Shown here: positions 42,501-54,500 of the stretch, piece after piece | How positions within the stretch are numbered: the first letter of the stretch is position 1 | How the letters are laid out: each line of letters begins with the position of its first letter | Origin: Lytechinus pictus | Lineage: Eukaryota | Assembly (NCBI RefSeq): GCF_037042905.1 | Contig: NC_087250.1 | Location: 28,026,001 to 28,090,000 of the forward strand | Direction of reading: 5' to 3' | DNA: 64,000 nucleotides | Position numbers and translations under genes: made by a program | The notes under the pieces: generated by a model | What the model was told of the DNA's origin: nothing | What the model saw: only the letters and a program-made list of their open reading frames with translations | Databases searched by the model: none

Positions 42501-45500
42501 TAATATTAATTTCCTGATATTGATGGTAAACAGAAATTCCTCAGTGAGACAATGAACAAACCAGATGGAGGTTATAAGCCAGATTATTGCCTTTCCAACA
42601 AGAGGACACAACAAAATGGAACACCCTGAACATCACCATCAAATACCATCCAACATTGATTAGACAGTGTGTACCACTTCCAGGATTTATTTGCCACAAT
42701 GTGTTACTCATGGGTATACTGTGTGGTTATCCAGAGGAATAAACCTTTTAGAAATTATCTGGAGGAATGCTGACTTTAATAGTGTCATGCAGATGTACTT
42801 TGGACAATCATACAACTCTCATGACTCTCTGTACTGAAATCCGACAAGTCGAGCATAGGAGACTGAATGCCAATCAAGAGGACTCTAACAAGAACACACC
42901 GTTAACCATGTCTTCTTCCGACACAAGTTGCCTCAATGAGAAAATTGACATAAGTTGTGTCGGAAGATGTCAAGAGTTTTAGAGAAAGGCTAGAAAGGCT
43001 TGCACATTTTAGAGCTCCAAAAGCATCAGTAAGGTAAAGCTCAGAATTGCTACAATGCATTAAAGAGGACCATTAGAGGGTTTGTACTTTGTAGACAAGC
43101 CTATAATACATAATTTGTTGACCGGATTGACAATGATCCAGGCTGTAACAATTAACGTGTTGGGAGCCCTTAATATCAATAGCTATGACTACATTGGAAT
43201 AGCATTATTAAAGGAAGGCAAAGATTTTTAGTCTTTAATCACCACTGATGATGATGATGATGATGACGCTGATCTACAAGTCCTGGGACCCAGCCCTGAC
43301 CCAGATATGGCCAGATAACATACTGAAGAAATTGTTAAAGAAAACAACCTGCATGAAGCTACTAGGCCAGACGAAATCTCTGCTACACTTCTTAATGAGA
43401 CTACTCATCAGATCTTACCTGCCATAAGTTTGCTTTTCCTGGCCTCCCTTTATCATGCTTATACGGTGAGATTTCAAGAAAGTCTAAGTCGTTCCCATCC
43501 ATAATAAGAAAGGGTTGTCAACTTTAACAAACTACACACCAATTCAAATTTTGTGCTTTTGTTCTTGCCAATCCCATCATCTTGTCAGACTAACAACGCG
43601 GCTTAGGAAGCGAAGAACATATTTCCAGTATTTTTCCTTGAATATAAATCAAACTAAGGATACATTTGAATGCTTAGTGATAGCAGTATATTAATTTGAA
43701 AAACTGAAACGTTTTCACTGCAGTCAATGTGATAAAAATCAAAATTTCTTGACATTTTCCATATAAGGATACTTCTTTGCATAATATGCAAATGAGGCAG
43801 ATTTGCTAGATTTTTTTTAATAAAGACATTGAACTTATTTATTCATCATGAACTTTTGTTCAAAATTAATTGCTGTGGACATTTGATTTGTCATCTTTGG
43901 ATTAATTTCCTCATTTTCTATTTTTTTAATGGCTAATTTGCATAATATGCAAATTAATTTTCAGGCATTGGGATGAATTCTCATGCTTAGTGATATATTA
44001 GCATATTAATGTCAACAATAATGATTTTTTTTTTAGCAGTCTATATGAGAAAAATCACAATATCTTGACATATTTTCCATATAAGGATGCTTATTTGCAT
44101 AATATGCAAATGAGGTAGAAATGTTTGCACTTTTGATTAAAAGCATTGAATTTAGTTATTTATCATGAATTTCCATTCAAATTAAATTGTTTTGGACATT
44201 TAATTTGTAATCTTTGGATTATTTCCCTTCTTTTTCTAATTTTTCATGGCTAATTTGCATAATATGCAAATTTCATAAATTTCCACAGCTTGGATTTCTT
44301 GGGACTTTTAGTATGTTGTTTAGGGGACCTTCCTGGAAAGCATTTCAGTGGAATATCTCGTGTTGCAATTAGTGGTGGGTTACCCCCCTATTCTGGCTAG
44401 ATTGACTGGACTAAAGGGTAAACGTGTCGTACGGGACATTTCTGAGTGCCGTACGACACACAACATTTTACCCGTAATTCAACATTTTTCTTGGTTATCG
44501 GTTTTTCACATGACTACCCCCTATAACTTTATCACTGACAACAAAAAAATTGTATCACTCATTTGTATCACTCAAGACTCAAGAGACTGGGAATTGTTGT
44601 CAAAATGCCCCCCCCCCCCCCTTTCGAGGGACTGCTCAAGGTCACCCAACCCCTATCGCGTATTACGCCAATTTCTAGGGAAATTCGCCAATCTGCGTTT
44701 CTGCTTCGGTGAAAAGTCACTTTATTGTTGTATAACTCCTAGGAGACGAAAATGTAGGATTTTTCTATCAGCTTCATTTGAACACGTGCTCGCTCACCAA
44801 AGCCTATCCTCGTCAAAGGCTGCCGAATTCTCCCCACCCGTTTGTTTATTTTCCCACTTTATTGAATAATATGCTAATTCACAATTTTTGACCCCCTCGT
44901 TTAGGTAAAAAGGGCATTCCTGCTACCAGTAGCGTACCGTGAACCGGAGGAGACAAAGCATACGGGGGGGCACTGCATTGTCTGTGAACAATGCTGTGCC
45001 CCCCCCCCCCAATGCTTTGTCTCCTCCGAGTCACGGTCCGCCACTGCCTGCTACGTATAAAGCAATTTTTTTGGAAAGCACTAAAAGATGGAAAATAGGC
45101 TTTCTCCCAGGCGCGAATCCATGGGGGCGAGGGGCCTTGCCCCCCCCCCCCCTCTCGGCTTAGAAAAAAAAAGAATAGAGGGAAAGAAAGATAAAAAAAG
45201 AGAAAAAAAGGGGAAAGAAAAGAAGAAAAAGAAGAAAGGAAGAGGGGGGAAAAGGGAAGAAAAAGAGAGAGAGGAAAAGGGGGAAAGAAAAGAGGAAAGA
45301 GAGAGGAAGAGGAGGAAGGAAGAAGAGGAGAAAAAAAGAGAGAGGATAGGGGAAAGAAAAGAAGATAAAGGGATGAAGGGAATGAAAAGGGGGAAGAGAG
45401 GGGAAAGAAAGAGAAGGAAAGAGAGAGGGAAAGGAAAAGGAGAAAATAGAGAGAGAGGAAAAAGAGGAAGAGAAGAAAAGAGAGGGGGAGGGAGGGGGAA

Positions 45501-48500
45501 GAAAAGAGAGGAAGAGGGGAAAAGAAAAGGAGAAAAGGGAGAAGACGAGGGGAAAAAAGAGAAAAAAAAAGAGGAAGAGGGGGGAAAGAAGAGAAGAAAA
45601 AGAAAGGGGGAAGAAAAGAAGAAAAAGAAGAGGGGAAGAAAAGAAGAAAAAAGGAGAAGACGAGGGGGAAAAAGAGAAAAAAGAGGAAGAGGGGGAAGGA
45701 AGAGAAGAGAAAGGGAGGGGGATGAAAAGAGAGAGAGAAGGGGGGAAGAAAAGGGGAAAGAAAGAGAAAACAGAGGAAGAGTGGGAAGGAAGTGAAGACA
45801 AGGGAGGGGGAAGGGGGGAAAAGGGGAAGAGGTGAAAGAAGAGGGGGGAAAGAGAGAGGAAGAGGGGAAAAGGAAAAGGAGAAAAAAGGAGAGAGAGGGG
45901 AAGAGGGAAGAAAGAAGAGAAAAAATAGAGAGAAGGGGGAGGGGAGAGGAAGAGGGGGAAGGACGAGAAGAAAAAAAGAGGAAGAGGAGGAAAGAAAATG
46001 ATGATGAACCAAAAGGGCGCCGAAATTATGTTCGAACTGGGGTCCAAATCGATGTTCGAACGGGGGGGGGGGGCGAATTGATGTTTGACGTATGGACGCC
46101 AAATTGATGTTGGAACTAGGGAGGCGCCAAATTCATTTTGGAACTAGGGGGCGCCGAATTGATACTCGAGCTAGGAGGGGGGGGGGGGCGAAATTATATT
46201 CGAACTAGGGACGCCTAATTAATGTTGGACCTACATGTAGGGGCGCCGAATTGATATTCGAACTAGGAGGGCGCCGAAATGATGTCCGAACGGGGGCGCC
46301 GAATTGATACTCAAACTAGGAGGGCGCCGAATTGATATTCGAACTAGGGGGCGCCAAATTGATATTCGAGCTAGGGGGGGGAATGATATTCGAACTAGTG
46401 AAGGCAAATTGAGTTCGAAGGGATGCCAAAATGATATTCGAACGGGGGGGGGGGGGCGAATTGATGATCGACCTACATGTATGGGCGCCCAATTGATTCT
46501 CGAACTAGGGGGGGGGGGCGCTGTATCGATGTTCGAACTAGGGGCACCACATTGATGTTTGAACTAGGGAGTGCCAAACTGATACTCGAGCTAAGGGAGG
46601 GGGGCGAAAAGATATTCGAACTAGGGGCGCCATATTGATGTTGGACCTACATGTAGGGGCGCCGAAATGATATTCTAACTATGACAAAACTCTAACAAAA
46701 TGATGTTCGAACAGGGGGGAGGGGGCGAATTGATGTTCGAACTAGGGGTACCACATTGATGTTTGAACTAGGGGGCGCCGATTTGATGTTCCAACTGGGG
46801 CGCCAAATTGATTTTCCACCTAGGGAGGCCAAATAGATGTTCGACGTAGGAGGGGGGGGGGTGCGCCGAATTGATGTTCGAACTAGGGGGCGCCGAATTG
46901 CTATTCGAACTTGGGGCGCCAAATTTATGTTCGAACGAGGGAGCGCCAAATTGATGTTAGAACTAAGGGGCGCTGAAATTGTGTATGGGTATGGCTTAAA
47001 GAGAATGCAACTAGTATAAGTTATATAGGTTGCATTTTTAAGCCATATACCTATTATTGCATAGGTTACAAAGCACATGTACATCGTCACGTTCAACACC
47101 AACAACAAGCAAGCAATGACCCGCCGTGTAGCTAGTTGTAGGTCGGGATAACTTACGCTCCATAGTTATTTGGAAAGTGGAAATTGATAATAACCGTACA
47201 TTCAGACCGCCTCGATCACATAACAAAAACTTGTTTAGGCCTCAAGACTTTGTGTTATTATTTCCGCATTCATACATTCCGTCCCAAAGAGACTTCCGAG
47301 AAATTCTCGAAGTTCTCGAAGTTACGAGCATGCGCATTTATGGTCTGGAAAGCGGGCAAGGCGCGAATTCAAACTCGCCAGTCTGCAACTCATGGCGCCC
47401 AGGCGACCACGCCCAACTACAAAGTTCTCAAGTACCATGGCCAGCAAATTTTGGTAAGATTTTGGTGTTAATTCTCCCAACATTTTCTAAGTTCATTGAT
47501 CCAGGCGGCCAGCGAAATTATTTTTCCCACCGAGTTCTGGACCAACATATGAATATTCATGACTTGCGTCTTCGGATTAAGTGTACGCATGCGCGTGGAC
47601 TTCGACCGTACCATTGCCGCGGTCGTAAGCATTCACGTTCAGTTGCTCAGAATGAATTAGCATCGTCAAAAAGTTACCGGTACCCTTATATAGTTACATA
47701 GGCCTTACTGGCTTAGATCTTTATATATATATATATCCAATTCGTAAACACTTATCAAACTAGCTGCCATTAATGGTAAGACATGTGCTAGCTAGGCTAG
47801 GGCTCGCTTAGGCTAGCGCATTAACTTTACCTCAAATCTGGACCTGCATGTCTAATGCCTAGTACTATAATCAGCGTTGTATGTAGTGCCTTGATGCTCG
47901 GCCTTGGCCTTAAGGCCTACTTTTTCAAAGCCTTGGCATTGAGGATTTTGAGCCTTGAAATTTCAAGGCATTTCAAGGCATTTTCAAGGCATTTTGTATT
48001 TTGTACTTTCATTTGTTTTAAATATTTAAATGTTTCAATTGTTTTTTTTAATTTAATGACACTAATGGTCAATACTTCCAGTCACCAGTAACATTAGCAG
48101 TAGCAGTAGTAAGTGTACTAGCGGTGTTATCAATTGTAATTGTCACCAGTATTATCAAGAATTTTCAAACAAAGATTACATCAGTTATGAAAAATAGCAT
48201 TATGTATTGGTAATGTGTTGTAACCATGACTAATGATGATAATGACAGTAAATAAGAATGATCATGATCAAGATAATAGTGCTTTGATGACAAGAATAAA
48301 TTTGACATCTGACTGCAATTTTAACAACAATTTTCATACTTTAAACATAGCTAACTCTAAAGAACGATAAGAAAGTTAATTTATTTTCCTTGTATTATTT
48401 TCTTTGTCCAAACGTTTTAAGTCTGAAAAGATTTGGTAAACTTGAACACAGTCTTCAATTTTGTCATATCCAAATGGGTTATGTCAATGGCATGATGAGC

Positions 48501-51500
48501 CATAAACTTTGAGGGGCCAAGCATGGCATATAGAGCAAAATTTCTGTCAAAAAAAAGAAAGCGATTGAAGCGAGCGAGTGAACATAATTTGTCCCCAATA
48601 TATCTATAGGAAAAGCTAATTTTGCGTTATGGGGTGCGCTCTGTTTATTTTATATCCTTTTGAATCTAACTTCATTTTGTTAGTATTCTTTATTCTGTTT
48701 TTTAAGGTAAAATAAGTGTAGAAGATACAAGAATTGAAAATTGAAATTTAAAAGTGGTTGTAAGCAGAAAAAATATGAAAACTGACAAGAGTCCTAAAAA
48801 TGACTTATTTTCAGTTTAAATATTTGAAATTTTAGCTTGCGCTTTGTGCTCTCTTGCCCCCCCCCCCCCAAAAAAAAAAAAAAAAAAAAATCCCTGTAGG
48901 ATTTTTTTCCAAAATGAAATTTGCCCTTTTAAAAAAGAAATATACCTTCTTTAATAATAAAACATAATATATTTTAGGTTCGAAAATCACATATTTTGAA
49001 TCGTGCTTGCATCAATTATTGTTTAGTACAGTACTAAATCCTGCTCATGGTTACAAAAATGTATAGAATGTTGCTTTATAGTTGGAATATCACAAATTTT
49101 TGAGCTCGCGCTTTGCGCTCGCATTACTTTTATTGGTGAGTTATGTATCCTATTTAAAATGCAGTAATTAACTGCTTCCTTTACTGGTCAGTATATAAAA
49201 AATTAGAGGGCGTAAAGTTATTTTTTAGTAAGATACACATCTTTTTCATGATTACAAAACCAGCTAAGAATATTTAATTTCCATGTCTTATTACACGACA
49301 TGTCAAGAAGTTTAAAAATAATTTCGCAGGCGGCCAGGCCTGCATTGACCCTAAATAACATAGGCATATCCAGATCCCGAGGGGCCCGAGCCCCCCCCCC
49401 CCCCCCTATTTGCGGAGCAAAAAAAAAGGGGGGAGAAAAAAAAGGGAGGAAGAAAAGATAAAAAGAAGAGGAGGAAGACGAGTGAATAAAATAAGATGAG
49501 AGGAAGACTTTATCAAGTGCAATTTATATCCACCTTAAAATGTTTGAAATATAAAGCTGAAATTGACCTCCTTTTTCGGATCTGAATATCAAATATTTAA
49601 GTGCCTAGAATTTAGGTCTAAATCTGAAACACGAGCGCGCATGTTTATTATCCAGTTTCAGTTCACAATATCACTTTTCTGCTCGCCCTTTGTGCTCGAA
49701 TTATCATGGGCGGAAATCCCAGGGGGACGTGTCCCCCCTACTCAAAATAGTAGGGGGACACAATATAAAATGTCCCCCTACTATTTTTGTATTTTATGAT
49801 GGTAAGAAATACATCATTCTAAATCGAAATAAAACATCTATTTTGGGACGAGTTGGGACGAGATGACCGTGCTTAAGGATGATAACCTTTTTTTTTGCTC
49901 GTCAGATTTTCCCGCCCCTTGTCCCCATCGGCGGATCCAGGGGGCCAGCCCCCCCCCCCCCTCTTATCAGCGGAGCAAAAAATGGAAAGAAAGAAGGAAA
50001 ATGGGAAAAGAAGGGACAAGAGAGGTGAAAAAGAAGAGAAGGGCGACGAGTGCATAAAATAAGATGAGGGGAAGATCTGGAAAATAAAAAATAATCTTTC
50101 TAGTCACTAGATACAATTTTCGCTCGTGCTTCGCGCCCGTATTGCCTGCATATCTTGTTCAATATGGAGCTCAAATATCACGTTTGGAAGTGAATATACA
50201 AAACATATTTCACCTTGGAAATCGAACTTTCGTTATTTTGTGAGATTTACAAATTGATTTATAAAAGTGCTCTGTAAAAATGTCTGTAAAAACGTGCTCG
50301 CAAATTTTGATTTATCAGGTACCTATTATTTTCGTGTATTCCACAAAGTTTTCAAATTACACCTATTCAGGTCTGATTATCTGCACGCTGGCATTTGATT
50401 GTCGAATTATATAGGTTTCAATATTGATTATACATCAAACTACTTAAAATCCCCTTTTGATGACAGTTTATCAACAATTTTAGCTCGCCATTTGCGCTCG
50501 CATTAATGGTTAAAAATATATTGATTGATTTGCATCCTATTCATATTTACAAAAGTGAAATGTCATTTTTTGATGCCATACTATCATCAGATTTCGCGCC
50601 GCCATTAGACACTATTAAATATGATATCAATTTAATAATCAAATTGTCCCTTTTGTTTCATCTCGCGTTTAGCAAGAGGAATAGAAAGATAGTCATCATT
50701 TTCATGTCATGACGTAAGGATGTCCCGGTCGTATGTCAAAACTCAAAGTAATAATAATGAAATATTTTTCTCTTTTTTTAAGTGCGATCAATATCTACCT
50801 CACAATTTTCCTAAAAAGTGCTTCAAATATAATGCTGGAATTGACTCTTTTTTTCAGATCGGAATATTAAATACATATATTTTAAGAGTGCGCTTCACGA
50901 TCGCTTTGATAAAAAGTTTGATTTTCATCAAGATGTATTAAGAATGCCTAGATTCTATGTCTAAGTTTGAAACGCGCCCGCATGTTTAGTCAGATGCGCA
51001 ACTTGTTCTCTATTCAAATCAATATCCGGTTTCAGATCACAATATCAAAGATTTTCTGCTCGCGCTTTGTGCTCGCATTATTAATGTAGGAAGACTCCCA
51101 ATTACTCATCCTTTTCATGATTTACAAAACATGAATAGAGTGGCCCATTTTTAGTTCTGAATCTTGAGTTTTTTTCTGCTCGCGCTTTGCGCTCGCATCA
51201 ACTGTTGAATTATATAGCTATCCTAATCACGATTACGAAAATTGATTAAAATTTTCCATTGTTTCCTTATACATTTCAATTTTTTCAGCTCGCGCTTCGC
51301 GCCCGCATTTTTTCATTGTTGAAAATATGTAACGCCTTCATGACTAAGTGCAATGAGTTCTTAACAGGTACCTATTCAACAGGTACCAGTTCTAAACGTA
51401 TATAAAAAAATTCTGCTCACGCTTTGCGCTCGCATGATTAATACTCATCCTGTTCATGATTTACAAAACATGAATAGCGTGTCTTTCAATAAATATTGTA

Positions 51501-54500
51501 GGACTAAATATCGAAATTTTGCGCTCGCGCTTCGCGCTCGCATCAGTTGCCTACTTATTATTATGCCTATTCTGCTTGAGTTACAAAAGGTGCTTAGAAT
51601 TACCATTCTTAAGGTAGAAAATGTAAAAAAAATCAGCTCGCACTTCGCGCTCGTATTATTTGATTGTTAAATGCTAACTGCACGCAGTCTTTAATAGGTA
51701 TCTTTTTCATTAGTTTATTTCTGCTCGCGCTTTGCGTTCGTAGTATTTATTAATTTTTAACATTTAAGGAAAAAATACATAAAATTTCCCAAAAAGTAGC
51801 TCGCGCTTCGCGCTCGCATCATAAGAATTATGATATTATGTATTAATTTATAAAAATAAAGCTAAGAAGTGACTAATGAGGACTACCCCTTCAAAGAAAC
51901 AAACATCATCTCCGAGCTGCCGATCGGGGAAAAATATGGCTGAAACAAATTTCCGCCCCCCCCCCCCCCGCTATTGGGGGTAGGCTGGATTCGCCCCTGT
52001 GTCCCCCTACCTTTTGAGAGAGATTTCCGCCCCTGCGAATTATTAATGTAGGAAGATTCCCCCTTCTCATCCCTTTTATGATTTACAAAACATGAATAAA
52101 GTGTACCGTTTTAGGTCTAAATCTCGAATTTTCCGCTCGCGCTTCGCGCTCGCATTATTTGATTGTTGAAATATGAAACATCTTCAGTGCTAAGTGCAAG
52201 CAGTCCTTGAAAGTCACTTTTTGATCAGTTCAAAACATATACAAATATTTTCTGCTTGCGCTTTGCGCTCGTATTATTAATGTAGGAAGATCCCATCTTA
52301 CTCATCCTTTTCATGATTTACAAAACATGAACAGAGTTTCCCGTTCTAGGTCTAAAACTATAATTTTTCCGATCGCGTTCGCGCTCACATCAATCGTTTA
52401 GTTATACAGTGCGTCCCAGAATAAATGAAACCGAGATTTAGCGATTATTTATCATAAATTAATCCTAAATACAATATACAAATGACCTACCATTGTAAAG
52501 CTTATAATCTCGTCCTTCATCTGATATTACTTAGATTATTTTTCATTCACGCATTAGTGAGCAAAAACAATTTTAATGAAGGATACCAAAAATCCATTTG
52601 GCGGGGGTATCTGAATTTCAAAAAGAAAATCACATGCCTAAACAGTTCAATATCTGCTCTTTCATTTGATACCTTAATCAGAGAAAATGGTCAAGAAATA
52701 AGAAGGTTCTGGTTATTTAAAACAAGGCTTGATTTTCAATAATTTCATGAAATGGAGAGGTTTTACAAGCTAGCGTCCAGACTCACTCGACACGCCGTTT
52801 TGTTGACGATTATACCGTGCGATAGCTTAGGGGGAAACCGGTGAAAACACGTTCATTTAATGAAATTATGGAAATACAAGCATTGTTTCGAGGGATCATA
52901 ACTTGTTTACTTCTTGACCATTTTGTGTGATTAAGGTATCAAAAAAAAAGAGCAGATATTGAACTTCCTAGTCAGGTGCCTTTCTTTTTGAAATTCAGAT
53001 ACGCCCCGCCAAATGAGTTTTTGGCATCCTTTCTTCGAATTGTTTTTGCTCACTCATGCGTAAATGAGGAGTAATCTAATTAGTATTAGATGAAAGAGGA
53101 GATTCTAAGCTTTACGTTGGTAGGTCATTTGTCTATCTTATTTATGATTAAGTTATAATAAATCATCGCTAAATCTCGGTTTCGTTTTTTTTTCTGGGAC
53201 GCACTGTATAGCTATCCTGTTCATGATAACATAAATTGATTAAAGTTTTCCATTCTTTATGTAGAAATGTCAAAATTGTTCAGCTCGCGCTTCGCGCTCG
53301 CATTATTTGATTGTTGAAATATTGAACGTCTTCATGGTTAAAGAGAAATTCCAGTATTTGCAGTAAACACTGATTTCATGAGAAAGTCTCTAAAACAAGG
53401 CTTAATTGTCAGTATATCATCGAGGATCTAGATCTGGTACAGTTACATAAACTGAACTTTGTGAAATCTTGAAATCTACGCTGAAAAATGTTCACATTGA
53501 AGATCACCAACACAGATAGGCACACGTGGGACAGTGTATTATTATTGCTATAATAAAGACCCGACGGAAGTGACCAAATCCGCGCTTATTTTGCTTATTT
53601 CTCAGCAATTACACCATTTCTTCCAGAATCCCTTGGCACATATTTTTTATTCATACAAACAGACACTTGGGTGGTGATTATATTAGATTCTGTAAAAAGT
53701 CATTTTTAGATCGTTACCAAAACTGGAATTTATCTTTAACTGCAAGCAGTCTTTAACAGGTAGGCCTACCTTTCCGATCAGTTCAAAACGTGTATCAAAA
53801 TGTATGCTCGTGTTTCGCGTTCGTAGTAATTATTGCAGGCCCATCTTTTTTTCAGGATGTTCAAATTTTAGGAAAAAAATACATACAATTTTAAAAAGTT
53901 TCGCTCGCGCCTCCCGCTTGCATTATAAAATAAAGATTATGATATTATATATTTATGTTGATTTAAAGAATAAAGCTAAAAAGTGACTAATTGGACTACC
54001 CCCTTCAAAGAAACAAACAAAAATCATCTTCGAGCGGCCGATCGGGGAAAATATGGCTGAAAAAACGTCAGGGCCCCCTATTGGCGAAGGCTGGATCCGC
54101 CCCTAAATTACCTTTGACCTTGGTCATGTTACCTGAAACAAACGTAGTCAGGATATTCCGCTATACTTTATTACCCTTGTTTCCAAGTTTCATGAACTAT
54201 GACATTTCAAAACCTTAACTTTGGTTAAGATTTCAGTGTTTACGCCGTCCCCATCGTCTTAAAGAGGCGCCAATTATTGTCTCGCTCTGCTATGTAGGCG
54301 AGACAAAAATAATGTTCTGTCCTAGTGGCTTTTGTAACATGCTTTAGTAGGGGCCACGTAGGCAGTTTGTCTATATTTTAATGAGTAATTTGTGAGCTTC
54401 ACGAGCTGAGCACTCCATAACTCCATTCCTTACAATACTCGCTCTTGTTTGAGTAAAAAAATCGGTCTTATAATAGTCACTAGTTACTAGTAAACGTTTT

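Larger units (their letters stand above)
40341..44413. mobile_element. About 4-kb foldback element with 0.8-1.0 kb modular inverted arms
   Basis: Termini tagtccagtcaat / attgactggacta; arms 40341-41400 and 43620-44413 are built of ~160-bp subunits; AAG on both flanks. Confidence 0.75.
49359..54102. mobile_element. hAT-like non-autonomous element (gcgcttcgcgctcgc subrepeats) hosting nested elements
   Basis: Termini cataggcatatccag / ctggatccgccc, flanks ctaaataa / ctaaatta; it interrupts a HINE core repeat. Confidence 0.65.

Noticed and set aside
44879..46107. Long ORFs (407, 295 and 235 aa) on both strands
   Set aside because: By-product of the purine tract, which lacks stop codons; F/L/S/P or K/E/R/G low complexity with no domain signal
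46010..46980. CRISPR-like appearance of ~30-bp repeats (also 28170-29105 and 16010-16272)
   Set aside because: Units are head-to-tail and degenerate, with no unique spacers and no cas genes, in a eukaryotic context
47177..47701. 174-aa plus-strand ORF
   Set aside because: Non-ATG start, no recognisable domain; explained by local GC richness
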